This document shows positions 38,419-51,350 of a stretch of 64,000 nucleotides of DNA, one piece after another. Each line of letters opens with the position of its first letter. Positions within the stretch are counted from its first letter, which is position 1. The position numbers and the translations under genes were made by a program. The notes below the pieces were generated by a model that did no database searches, was not told where the DNA came from, and worked only from the letters and a program-made list of their open reading frames with translations. Origin of the DNA: Nemertoderma westbladi (Eukaryota; Animalia; Xenacoelomorpha); the NCBI GenBank assembly GCA_032718475.1, contig JAUCBJ010001616.1:98909-162908 (forward strand), read 5' to 3'.

Positions 38419-39939
38419 TAACAAAAAAAGTAAATAACCATTTAAGTTGTGGCAAAAAAGTAGGCTTTATTTTAAGGCAAAAAATGTTACTTTTTTCCAC
38501 AACTTACGTCGTTTTATTTGTTGTAAATCTTCTCTCTCTTTTATCTGGGCCTATTTCAGCATAAATATCGTCCATCGAAGCTTCTTCCATAGTTAAATAC
38601 CGGCATTACTATAACACCTTGGGTACCCGTAGTTTAACCTATTTTTTTCATATAAATAGGCTTTTATCATGAGGTTTTTATTCTAGAACAAATATTTGAC
38701 CTTCTGACAGTAGTATGGTATTTGTTTTCCAAAAAATGTTCTAGAAAAAAAATGTGTTCAAGAACAAAAATATTTATCAAAATTGATAACCAACACTTGT
38801 TCTAGAACATTTATAATAAAATAAGCAAAAACTCGCTAGTATTATAGATATTATCTATTTAATCTATTTAAATGCAATATTATAATTAATGTCATGGAAA
38901 CATTACTTTTTGCGTTGGCAGAAAAAGTGCTATTTTTATGTCAAACATGATAAACGACTTTGACTAAAGAAGTGAGTTGTATACAACAAATAATAATTAT
39001 TTATTTATTACATGGGAGAAAATGTAGAACTTTTTTTCACTATTCTCGAGGCATTTTATTTACCGATCGTCACCGAGGTTAATAAAGGGTCGAGAGAATA
39101 TTGAAAAGAAATGTTCCACTTTTTTCCCATGTAATACGTAATTATATTGGTACTTTTTTGTTGCTCAATTCTTTAATAAAACATAGAGCGATATACTACA
39201 GTACAGTTGTGTTACAAAATAAATTGAACTGCAGTATTTTACTATATTGCTTCCATAGTTACTGCGATTCTAATTATTGAACTCTTCAACTCCTGATGGC
39301 TGCCTTAACTCAATGTTAAATAATTTAGTGTTCTAGAATATTTATTAGGTAACTTAGAAAGCCGCTTAACTACATAAACCAATATTGGATATTGAGTTCC
39401 GTTATGGAGTTCGTCTTTCAGACACTAAAGTTGCAATAACTTTTGAGTTTTTGAATGGATTTTGGCTCAAATTACTTGCAAACCTTTTCTACTTCGATTC
39501 TCTTTCAATCAAATTGTAATAAAATTTAAGAAATTCAAACAAAATATTTTATTTTACTTTTTTCCCTAGGGAAAAAAAGAGCAACTTTTTCTCCCGATTT
39601 TGGGGTATATTCGAGCAAAAAAGTAATAATTTAAGAATAAAATATATTTTGTATTTTCATAATATATATACTATCTACCCACCTTGAAAAAATACCTACT
39701 AATGTTCTAGAACATTCAACAACAAATTAATGGTTAAAAAATGACAGGGGGTGTCGACAGGGCGAAGTAGAACCGGTAAATAGACAATCTGACATTCTAG
39801 AAACCATCAATGCAACCCAAGCCAGTCGACCACAAACAATAAACCTTAAACTAACAAGTAAAACAATCCCACATAAAGTCGGGAGGTGCGGGGAATCCCG
39901 CCCGATAAATACAATCCCGCCAGAGAAAGGGTTGGAGTG

Positions 39940-40192
39940 GAGCGCGGCGGAGGTCCGCGGAGCCGACTGCAGTGCGGCGGAGGTCCGCGGAGCCGACTGT
40001 AGCGCGGCGGAGGTCCACGGAGCCGACTGTAGCGCGGCGGAGGTCCGCGGAGCCGATTGTAGCGCGGCGGAGGTCCGCGGAGCCAACTGTAGCGCGGCGG
40101 AGGTCCGCGGAGCCGACTGTAGCGCGGCGGAGGTCCGCGGAGCCGACTGTAGCGCGGCGGAGGTCCGCGGAGCCGACTGTAGCGTAGCGGAA
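39940..40192. repeat. 30-bp GC-rich minisatellite
   Basis: (agcgcggcggaggtccgcggagccgactgt)n. Confidence 0.95.
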
Positions 40193-40649
40193 CCTTTTTA
40201 TGTCGGTTTGTTATTCCTGCAAAATAAACTAAATAAATTTTAGTTTGAAAAGGTTTTCTTCCGTATATTTATTAAATACCAAACCTTATACTAACTACGG
40301 TATGTAGCACAAATACTGGATGTTCAATATTCATGTTCTAGAACATATTTATTTTGTTCTAGAACATTATATTTAAACTAACTAGTTGTCGCTACTTTTT
40401 AATCTCCTAGAACAAGTTCGTTATCAATTAAGGTTCTAGAACACTTTGTTTTACTGGAACATTAAAAATAATTTAAATATTATATTGATCGTTTATACAA
40501 ACCGAATAAATAAAAACAGCTAGTAAATAATTACTGGCTACGCTGACTATCTAATAACAATTACTAGCGCTGTAATACTTATTAGTACTTTAGCAATTTA
40601 GCGGCAATTTACTTTATTTTATCTTTTAGATTCAATAATCCCCCTAACA

Positions 40650-41502
40650 ATGGCGCGGATCAAGGAACTCAAAATGATCCCGGGTACCGAGGAGGTTGTC
40701 TTTGTGTCTTACAACCTCCCCTGTATCATAAACTCAACAACTCTCTACAAAAAGGAAGATCTACCGGTATCCGGAGGTTCTAACGGTTACAGGAGAGTCG
40801 CGGTTTCTACGGACGGGAACCGCGTTGCCTCGGGAACCTGGGCGGTGGGGTCGGTGACTGTCTGGGAGCGGGAAGCGACCGGTTGGAGGGTCGTAGTGGA
40901 GGTACCGGGGAGGGAGTTCGTGGTTGGTGGGGGGAAGTATGTAACTAGGTGGGGAATAGATATAAATCCCTCCAACCGGGACGTCGTTGCAACTTGTGGG
41001 GACGACGGGGGGATTTCTATTATATCAATAACTGGGGGGAAATATAAGGTTAAGAACTGGGTGGGGCATTCTGAGTCGGTTAACTGTATTCGGTTCGACT
41101 CGAACGGGTCCCGGTTGGCCAGCTGTTCGGATGATGGAACAGTAAAAGTTTGGGGGACCGGAACCCAGGAGATGTTGTATCAATACCGGGGGCACAGTGA
41201 GGGGGTCTGGAGTCTGGGTTGGGGTCCGGATGGGGAGTCAGTGGTGTCGGTAGATGGGAGAGGAGGGATCCATCGCTTCGTTGTTGGTGCAGGGGAGACC
41301 TTGTGGAGACAGGAAGCAACTCCTGAGGTCTCGAGGATCGTATTGAGTCCCAACGGATCCAGAATCGCTGCTGTTGGGTGGAACACCGGGTTGATTTATA
41401 TTCTAAATTCTGTAACTGGGGAGATTATCAACCGGATTAAAGGAACGGGGAGCGGCATCGAATCGGTCGATTTCTGTAAAGATGACCGGCATATTATTAC
41501 AG
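40650..41502 (+). CDS. WD40-repeat exon of the ROCO gene
   Basis: GHSESVNCIRFDSNGSRLASCSDDGTVKVW and GHSEGVWSLGWGPDG motifs. Acceptor tttag at 40625-40629; donor ACAG|gtaatt at 41503 in phase 1, mid WD repeat. Confidence 0.88.
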
Positions 41503-44500
41503 GTAATTAATTAATAGACCTCTTTTATTAAAACACGTTAAATTAATTAATTAGGCCTAGGGTCTAATTCAGTACCGTACCACGTACCATAGTAAGTAAT
41601 AATCATTATAACACTTAAATGAATTAATTACATTAATTATTATTATTTTATTTTATTTAATTAATAATTTACTTACCGATATGATGCGGATTAACTGAAC
41701 ATTAACTTCACTGCCTCCTGCCAAGATTGGGTACGATGGGAACGAAATTTAAATTAGTCTAATATCAGAATATAGACCATTACAACATAGTCCCTGTAGT
41801 CGGATAGTTTTAGGTGCGGTTTGGTTCCGGTAAATGTAACATAAAAATAAACTAATAAACCAGCAATTAGCTTAATAATATTATGTATTCAGTTATCTGT
41901 TAGGTTGTTTGTTATTGGTTTGTATCAATGGCGTTTTAACCAACTGGTAGTTCTACTTAAATAAACAAACTATAATGGTACCGATAGGCGTACCGGTACT
42001 GCAATGCAGTAAAGTAACTGTACAGAGAATACAACCGGTAATGTATAATAAAAACTTTCATTTTTAGGTCTGCCACACAGTCCAATTACTTAGGCATACA
42101 ACAAGGTGTATTATATTATATAACACCTTGCCCGTAATAAAGTGTCATTTTAGATAAGAAGGGACACCCCTAACCCACACCCCACCTTATTTTTATACAA
42201 TCTTTATCATACTTTATTTAACATGGAGCTACGTATAATTTTCTATTTTGAATTTGTAGACGTTTAACGTTTGCGATATCGCCCTCATTGCATTACGACC
42301 ATTCCTCATATTATTAGCCACAACGACATATTATTAGAAAGCTCGAGTTGTAAGGATTCCAAATATAAATATATTTTGAGCTTCGTTGAGAAACAGCTGA
42401 GATATAATACTGGCGTTCAAAGATTGTGATAAATTATCATTCGCTGGAAGTCATTTATTATAATTAATATAAACACAACATTCTAGAACGTGTTATTATT
42501 TTTATCATTTTTATGATAAAAATCCCATTTATTTATCCTATTTATTATATATTATTATATTTATGTATGCATAGCTACACATATACATAAATAACTGGTA
42601 TACAGTATTATAATGAAAGATACTTCTTGCAATCTTAGAACGCCCATATCTCATCTGTTTATCAACGAAATTTAGACATTAATACATATTTGGAATCCTC
42701 ACAATGCAAACTTTCAAATATATAAAAAATAAATCACTATTGATGAGAAAAATGGGCAACGAAACGAAGGCAACAATTTCGTAAAAGTCACTTTTATAAA
42801 ACGCTAACGTAAAAATTTAAATGTAAAATTGAAAATTCTGGTTACATGGGGTCCTCTACTCTGAGTTGAACTAATACAATTGTTAACTTATTTCTGCCTA
42901 TACAGTAAGTCTGCGAGTTAAATTATCGTGCAGTGGGGAGCTGATTTTTTACTCATTGTGTTTGGAATATGACTATTTTATTTACAGCCACATTTACTAT
43001 TTACAACTGTATGGCAATATTCCTGATCTCTTACGGGGTCAGGCAAAGACAACTTTTCTCTATAGTATTTAGACCGGTAGTGATACAGAATATGATACCC
43101 TGACCTTTTTGAAATTTCCCACCATCACAAACAAACATACTTTCCCACAAACAAAGAAATGTATCATTGGATTTGGTAGGTTTTCTCATGTTACAATAAG
43201 TGTGGAATTATTGTACTGTTTATAGTAGAGTAAGTGTCTTTTTCAAAAATTACGAGTGTACAGAACAGTGAGTGTGGAAAAATAGTAATGTAAGTTCATA
43301 TAAGTATATAAGTGCCACTCATCAAAGAAAGTACAATTTTTAATGTCGTTTTATTCCTGGTAAAATAAATTATTATAAAAATATATGTATATAAATTTGT
43401 TCGTATTGGAATAGTTTCGTGAGTTGCCAAATCGGTTGGATCTATATATGGGAGTCTAGAACTGACACGTTATATTCGTCGAATAAGTGGCCATTGTCGA
43501 TACAGTGTTGTGTTATTCCACAACGTTTATAGCCATTATATAAGACCGCATATAACTGTAAATCGGTACTTTTTATTTACCAATTACCATTATTTACATT
43601 CAAATTTTAAGCCCACCACCAACACTGTCAGTAAAAACTATAACACTCTCCATAAATAATGTTCGTTGTGGCGCTTTACATGTTTTCGTTTAAGTTTCCC
43701 AATGTAATTATGGTCAGTTCAGGCATTACAGTCTATTTTACATATTGCATGCATGTGTTTAACCTTCTTTCCCAACCCTCTTTAAATCGGAGCAAATTTG
43801 TGGAAATTTTCGAAACAGTTTCAAAACGAGTCAACTTAAACTTTGTAAAAAAAATTTTAAGGGGGGGATACACCATTTTGGAACAAAATACGTCGAAATT
43901 TTTTTTAGGGTCTATTATAATGCACCATTGAATGGTGTTTCCAAATCTGAAGACCGTTATTTAATAGCTCTTTTAGTTGTCAAGTTATGTAAATTTCCAT
44001 TTAGGGAATCCTATTGAAATTACTATTACTATGTATAATGAAAGGTCGATTATCTCCAAATATTTTTTTCATGAAATTGTCAACTTCAAAACCCTACCAC
44101 TTCTACAATTTTTAAGTAATTAGTCTGAAACTTCCTGTGGGTGTCTAGATAGCCACCCTGCGTATCAGACAACTTTTCGAAATTTTTTGTTAATAAAATT
44201 TAATACTATTTATTAAAAACCTAAAAATTTGCATAAATTTTGCAGCGCCACCTATTGGTGTAGAATTATTTTAACAAAATTTCGCCTGATAGTTATGTTG
44301 CCCCATCTTTGATCTATCATATAAAAAACTTTCATGTGATTAGGTTCAAAACTGCAAAAGCCTAAGGGATTTAAGCGCAACCAAGTTTTTTTTTTTAACT
44401 AGTATTAACTAATATTAAATAGCGAAAAAAAAATTTTTCTGACCTGTCATGTAGAATAGCATCTTAGGCACCTATATGCCAAATTTTAGCCAAAACCAAA

Positions 44501-44569
44501 CAATTTTGAAACGCTGAGAGTGATAAATCGAAGAGTTGTCCTTTGATCTTTGATCTATCATATAGTAGT

Positions 44570-47500
44570 TATAACAGTATACAGTATCGCGGGTAGTTGT
44601 TTATATTAACAGTATACAATATCGCGGGTAGTTGTTTATATTAACAGTATACAGTATCGCGGGTAGTTGTTTATATTAACAGTATACAGTATCGCGGGTA
44701 GTTGTTTATATTAACAGTATACAATATCACGGGTAGTTGTTTATATTAACAGTATACAGTATCGCGGGTAGTTGTTTATATTAACAGTATAAAGAATCGC
44801 GGGTAGTTGTTTATATTAACAGTATACAGTATCGCGGGTAGTTGTTTATATTAACAGTACAGTATCGCGGGTAGTTGTATATATTAACAGTATAAAGAAT
44901 CGCGGGTAGTTGTTTATATTAACAGTATACAGTATCGCGGGTAGTTGTTTATATTAACAGTACAGTATCGCGGGTAGTTGTTTATATTAACAGTATAAAG
45001 AATCGCGGGTAGTTGTTTATATTAACAGTATACAGTATCGCGGGTAGTTGTTTATATTAACAGTATACAGTATCGCGCGCGTGTAGTTGTTTATATTAAC
45101 AGTATACACTATCGCGGGTAGTTGTTTATATTAACAGTATACAGTATCGCGGGTAGTTGTTTATATTAACAGTATACAGTATCGCGGGTAGTTGTTTATA
45201 TTAACAGGATACAGTATCGCGGGTAGTTGTTTATATTAACAGTATACAGTATCGCGGGTAGTTGTTTATATTAACAGGATACAGTATCGCGGGTAGTTGT
45301 TTATATTAACAGTATACAGTATCACGGGTAGTTGTTTATATTAACAGTATACAGTATCGCGGGTAGTTGTTTATATTAACAGTATACAGTATCGCGGGTA
45401 GTTGTTTATAGTAACAGTATACAGTATCGCGGGTAGTTGTTTATATTAACAGTTACAGTATCGCGGGTAGTTGTTTATATTAACAGTATACAGTATCGCG
45501 GGTAGTTGTTTATATTAACAGTATAAAGAATCGCGGGTAGTTGTTTATATTAACAGTATACAGTATCGCGGGTAGTTGTTTATATTAACAGTACAGTATC
45601 GCGGGTAGTTGTTTATATTAACAGTATAAAGAATCGCGGGTAGTTGTTTATATTAACAGTATACAGTATCGCGGGTAGTTGTTTATATTAACAGTACAGT
45701 ATCGCGGGTAGTTGTTTATATTAACAGTATACAGATATCGCGGGTAGTTGTTTATATTAACAGTATACAGTATCGCGGGTAGTTGTTTATATTAACAGTA
45801 TACAGTATCGCGGGTAGTTGTTTATATTAACAGTTACAGTATCGCGGGTAGTTGTTTATATTAACAGTATACAATATCGCGGGTAGTTGTTTATATTAAC
45901 AGTATACAGTATCGCGGGTAGTTGTTTATATTAACAGTATAAAGAATCGCGGGTAGTTGTTTATATTAACAGTATACAGTATCGCGGGTAGTTGTTTATA
46001 TTAACAGTACAGTATCGCGCGGTAGTTGTTTATATTAACAGTACAGTATCGCGGGTAGTTGTTTATATTAACAGTATACAATATCGCGGGTAGTTGTTTA
46101 TATTAACAGTATACAGTATCGCGGGTAGTTGTTTATATTAACAGTATACAGTATCGCGGGTAGTTGTTTATATTAACAGTACAGTATCGCGGGTAGTTGT
46201 TTATATTAACAGTATACAATATCGCGGGTAGTTGTTTATATTAACAGTATACAGTATCACGGGTAGTTGTTTATATTAACAGTATACAGTATCGCGGGTA
46301 GTTGTTTATATTAACAGTACAGTATCGCGGGTAGTTGTTTATATTAACAGTATACAATATCGCGGGTAGTTGTTTATATTAACAGTATACAGTATCGCGG
46401 GTAGTTGTTTATATTAACAGTATACAGTATCACGGGTAGTTGTTTATATTAACAGGATACAGTATCGCGGGTAGTTGTTTATATTAACAGTATACAGTAT
46501 CGCGGGTAGTTGTTTATATTAAACAGTATACAGTATCGCGGGTAGTTGTTTATATTAACAGTATCGCGGGTAGTTGTTTATATTAACAGTATACAGTATC
46601 GCGGGTAGTTGTTTATATTAACAGGATACAGTATCGCGGGTAGTTGTTTATATTAACAGTATACAGTATCGCGGGTAGTTGTTTATATTAACAGTATACA
46701 GTATCGTGGGTAGTTGTTTATATTAACAGTATACAGTATCACGGGTAGTTGTTTATATTAACAGGATACAGTATCGCGGGTAGTTGTTTATATTAACAGT
46801 ATACAGTATCGTGGGTAGTTGTTTATATTAACAGTATACAGTATCGCGGGTAGTTGTTTATATTAACAGTACAGTATCGCGGGTAGTTGTTTATATTAAC
46901 AGTATACAATATCGCGGGTAGTTGTTTATATTAACAGTATACAGTATCACGGGTAGTTGTTTATATTAACAGTATACAATATCGCGGGTAGTTGTTTATA
47001 TTAACAGTATACAGTATCGCGGGTAGTTGTTTATATTAACAGTATACAGTATCACGGGTAGTTGTTTATATTAACAGTATACAGTATCGTGGGTAGTTGT
47101 TTATATTAACAGTATACAGTATCGCGGGTAGTTGTTTATATTAACAGTACAGTATCGTGGGTAGTTGTTTATATTAACAGTATACAGTATCGCGGGTAGT
47201 TGTTTATATTAACAGTACAGTATCGCGGGTAGTTGTTTATATTAACAGTACAGTATCGCGGGTAGTTGTTTATATTAACAGTATACAATATCGCGGGTAG
47301 TTGTTTATATTAACAGGATACAGTATCGCGGGTAGTTGTTTATATTAACAGTATCGCGGGTAGTTGTTTATATTAACAGTACAGTATCGTGGGTAGATGT
47401 TTATATTAACAGTATACAGTATCGCGGGTAGTTGTTTATATTAACAGTATACAGTATCGCGGGTAGTTGTTTATATTAACAGTATACAATATCGCGGGTA

Positions 47501-47976
47501 GTTGTTTATATTAACAGTATACAGTATCGCGGGTAGTTGTTTATATTAACAGTATACAGTATCGCGGGTAGTTGTTTATATTAACAGTATACAGTATCGC
47601 GGGTAGTTGTTTATATTAACAGTATACAGTATCGCGGGTAGTTGTTTATATTAACAGTATACAGTATCGCAAGTAGTTGTTTATATTAACAGTATACAGT
47701 ATCGCGGGTAGTTGTTTATATTAACAGTATACAGTATCGCAAGTAGTTGTTTATATTAACAGTATACAGTATCGCGGGTAGTTGTTTATATTAACAGTAT
47801 ACAGTATCGCGGGTAGTTGTTTATATTAACAGTATACAGTATCGCGGGTAGTTTTTTTTAGTAACAGTATACAGTATCGCGGGTAGTTGTTTATATTAAC
47901 AGTATACAGTATCGCGGGTAGTTGTTTATATTAACAGTATACAGTATCGCGGGTATTTGTTTATATTAACAGTATA
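44570..47976. repeat. 35-bp satellite array (resumes at 52815-52935 beyond the LINE)
   Basis: (agtatacagtatcgcgggtagttgtttatattaac)n. Confidence 0.97.
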
Positions 47977-48254
47977 GTTAGTTAGTTAGTTTATTGACAT
48001 AAAGTTAGATTGTATATAAATGAGATAAACAATTATTAACCAGCACAACACCACTTTACGTCCTGATATTAATAATATACATGTTATACATAATCATCAA
48101 AATAATAATTCCTACTGTAATTTAATAAAATAAACATTTAAATATAATTAGCACAAGATTATTTTAATTGACACATTACTAATGCCTCATTACTAATACT
48201 AATGTATTGATGCTATCAATCGAATAATTTTTGAACCTCGTATACAAAAACAGC

Positions 48255-51200
48255 TTAATATACAGACATTACTGACTCTATATACCTACACAATTGTTCA
48301 ATATTATCCATATTACCATTGAAAAAGATACTTATATTTTGCATATTTAACTGTGGGTACTGTCTGCGTATTGGTAGTGATATTGGGCAATGTAACAGTG
48401 TGTGCACTTCGTCCTGAACGGATTTGTTATCACAGGGACACACTCGCTCCTCGTGTGGAATCCGTGACCATCGCCCTCGTTCTACAAACAGGTTGTGCGA
48501 CATTAATCGCATTCTGCTGAAGTGCGCCCTAATATAATCCGGTACATACGGGGATTTCAGGCTGTAAATCGAGTGGCATGTCAGGTCCATATTCAGTGAC
48601 GTCCTGTATGTGACAAACTTGGTCGCCGTGCTTGGCTTCTTGCGTATTCTAGTAAGAATGTCGCTGTTAGTCGGGCTTGGTTCGGACCACGCCATAGCAC
48701 ACTTTATCATGTTGTACCCTGGTGAGTTTACATTCTTACAAATGGTAAGTGCCTGTCGGAAAGGTGTGTCCTCTGGTAGCGTATGTAGAGCTTTCTGTAG
48801 GAACCGTTTGCGGTATTTCATTATGCGTGTTTGAATGGAAGGCATCCCTACTTCTATTAAACAAATGTCGGTCGGGGTTTGTTCCCGTACACCTAATAAT
48901 ATTTTTATCATACGGCCATAAAATATATCTAAACTCTTAGTATTATTAGTTAACCAGCCTTCGCAACCATATAGGAATGCTGTAGCTACTGCAGCCTCAA
49001 ACACCTGCTTTTTAACACAAAAAGCAATATTTGTATTGTGCGCACAAAATATAGAAAATTTATTTACAATCTCCTCGCACCGAGTTTTATGTAGATTAAA
49101 AACTGAGTTGAATTTACCATCTTCTGTAAAAATAGATCCAAGATAGGTGTATGTAGTACAATGGTTAACTGTTACGTCATTTACAACTAGAGGAGTTCTA
49201 TCGTACATTGCACCATTAACAACGAAAAACTTTGTCTTTTTTACATTTATCTTCATACCAGACTCTTTACAAAAAGCTATAAGAGCACCCAATTTACGCA
49301 GGCACAAATTACGGTTAGTAGAAAGAATTATAGTATCATCCATTAGTAACATAATATGCAAAATACCCAAATAACCATCCTGGGTTACAGTATTACACAC
49401 CATTGTTACCAGATTGTCAATATATAAGCTAAATAATATTACACTAGTAGCTGCACCTTGTCTTACGCCTATGGCTGTACATATTATAGCGGATTTCAAT
49501 ATACTTTTAGTACATGTATAAGTAGCTAAGATTGCCATTAACATTACTTTTCCACAACCCAATTTTCTTAATCTTTCAATAAGTTTCATTCTAGGTATAT
49601 TATCGTAAGCCTTTGAGAAATCTACAAATAGTACAAAAAGTTTCTCCCTTTTAAAAATCGCATAATCTATAAGTAGACGCAGTGCTAATATATGTTCAGT
49701 GCAACTGCGGTTTTTTCTACCCCCTGCCTGACACCTACTTATATTGCACCATAAGGACAGTCTAGCTGATAATAACATATCATAAATCTTAGCACAGGTC
49801 TCCATAATTGATATACCTCTGTAATTACCACAAATAGCTCGGCTCCCCGATTTGAAAAATATTATTAATTTACTGTAGCACCACGATGTGGGGTACGCCC
49901 CAAATTTAAACACGAAATTAAAAAATGCAAGAAAAAATATAAGCCAATTACCAGGTAGCGAAGTGAACAATCCAAGTGCGACACCTATGTAACTTTTATT
50001 TATTTTTATTTCACTTAAAACTTCCGCAAATTCCTTTTCTGACAACGGATCATCTAGAATCGGAACATATGGAGCGGTTGAAAATTCGTCAGTCATATGC
50101 ACTGTTTCCGCAGATGGAGGATTCAGTAACGCTTCAAAATGGCTTTTAAATTGGTTGTCATCTGGCATACTCTCTCTCCTGGGTTTTAGTTTATCAATTT
50201 CACCTTTCCAGTTTACTGCATGCCAGATTAATTTAGGGTCATTCAAAGAAACTAGCCTCGCCCACCGATCATTATTAGATTCAGGTAGATTAACATTGTG
50301 TATACAATCGTATTGCTTTTTAACTTTGCAACTTTTGGCCGTTTCATTTAAAATTTGTGTTGCAGTTTCTACTATATTCTGCCCACCCTCTCTACTAGCG
50401 TCATTAATTATCGGTGGATGAATACTTGTAATAAGGTCTTTAAACTGGTCTAAATTAGTATTGCAATGGCTGGGTCCTTTCTCCCCAAGTGGGGTTGTAC
50501 GGTAATTATTAAAATTTAATTCAGTCCACACCGCACCCAAATCACCTGCTCTGTCATATATCGCACTTGTTAAATATTTTTTATTATTAATATTAATTTC
50601 TACTTCTACCAATAAAGGTGCGTGATCCGAGCCATGTTGGTTTCTGTCTACACTAACTTTAACTACATTACTAACCAAACAACTCGTAATTACACATAGG
50701 TCCAATGAGCTTACCCATGATTTACCCTTCCTATAGGATAAACCCCCACCTAACACACCCCTCCCTGTTTCTAAATGGTTTGCGACTACACTCCCAGTGG
50801 TAGAGCATATACGTAGTAACCGTTCCCCATTGCTATTTACAGCGTTATCTTCCACCCCGTGATACTTTCGGTTAATCACATGCCGTTCACCGGTGTATTT
50901 AGGGACCCCAACACGTGCATTGAGGTCGCCAACAACTATAACCTTTCGGTTCTCTTCAAGGGTGGCATTCAGGTTCCCGAACATTTGGGTCGAAAAATAG
51001 CGAGAGTCACAAGGGGTTATGTAGGAGGTACCGATCAAGGTATCAGGCGCGAAACTAAACCGCAGCCATAGCTGATCCTCCTTACTCGTATCCACTTCTA
51101 ACACGAATTTAGCTAATGTACATTTCACCAAAGCCAATATCCCCCCGCGATGGGATGGTGTTGGCGTATTAATATATTGGGTGAAGCCGGGTACGTGTGT

Positions 51201-51350
51201 GGGTTTATTAGTTTTAATTTCTGACAGGAATACGATATCATGGGAATGTATATATCGGAGAATCTGGGGATCTAGGAGTTTATCTTTCAGACCACAGATA
51301 TTCCACGAGCATAGAGACAAAGTTCTAAATAGGTGTTGTGCAGCTCCCCC
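48255..51350 (-). CDS. LINE ORF2: APE endonuclease, RT (LMDD variant), C-terminal CCHC
   Basis: SWNICGL, GDLNAR, GSDHAPL, NYRGIS, FVDFSKAYD, GVRQG, LLMDDT, YTYLGS, CPC...EVHTLLHC; uninterrupted for >1000 codons. Confidence 0.93.
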   Translation of the reverse strand, partial: GGAAQHLFRTLSLCSWNICGLKDKLLDPQILRYIHSHDIVFLSEIKTNKPTHVPGFTQYINTPTPSHRGGILALVKCTLAKFVLEVDTSKEDQLWLRFSFAPDTLIGTSYITPCDSRYFSTQMFGNLNATLEENRKVIVVGDLNARVGVPKYTGERHVINRKYHGVEDNAVNSNGERLLRICSTTGSVVANHLETGRGVLGGGLSYRKGKSWVSSLDLCVITSCLVSNVVKVSVDRNQHGSDHAPLLVEVEININNKKYLTSAIYDRAGDLGAVWTELNFNNYRTTPLGEKGPSHCNTNLDQFKDLITSIHPPIINDASREGGQNIVETATQILNETAKSCKVKKQYDCIHNVNLPESNNDRWARLVSLNDPKLIWHAVNWKGEIDKLKPRRESMPDDNQFKSHFEALLNPPSAETVHMTDEFSTAPYVPILDDPLSEKEFAEVLSEIKINKSYIGVALGLFTSLPGNWLIFFLAFFNFVFKFGAYPTSWCYSKLIIFFKSGSRAICGNYRGISIMETCAKIYDMLLSARLSLWCNISRCQAGGRKNRSCTEHILALRLLIDYAIFKREKLFVLFVDFSKAYDNIPRMKLIERLRKLGCGKVMLMAILATYTCTKSILKSAIICTAIGVRQGAATSVILFSLYIDNLVTMVCNTVTQDGYLGILHIMLLMDDTIILSTNRNLCLRKLGALIAFCKESGMKINVKKTKFFVVNGAMYDRTPLVVNDVTVNHCTTYTYLGSIFTEDGKFNSVFNLHKTRCEEIVNKFSIFCAHNTNIAFCVKKQVFEAAVATAFLYGCEGWLTNNTKSLDIFYGRMIKILLGVREQTPTDICLIEVGMPSIQTRIMKYRKRFLQKALHTLPEDTPFRQALTICKNVNSPGYNMIKCAMAWSEPSPTNSDILTRIRKKPSTATKFVTYRTSLNMDLTCHSIYSLKSPYVPDYIRAHFSRMRLMSHNLFVERGRWSRIPHEERVCPCDNKSVQDEVHTLLHCPISLPIRRQYPQLNMQNISIFFNGNMDNIEQLCRYIESVMSVY

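Noticed and set aside
42102-42130. Tiny CAAGGTG...CACCTTG palindrome as a minimal P/hAT element
   Set aside because: Too short and no TSD.
42200-44545. Further MITE-like sequences in the ROCO intron (also 38600-39720)
   Set aside because: They look like decayed non-autonomous DNA transposons, but I could not define matching TIRs or TSDs.
44570-47976. CRISPR-like 35-bp periodicity (also the 30-, 49- and 76-bp arrays)
   Set aside because: Head-to-tail repeats with no unique spacers, no cas genes and a eukaryotic context.
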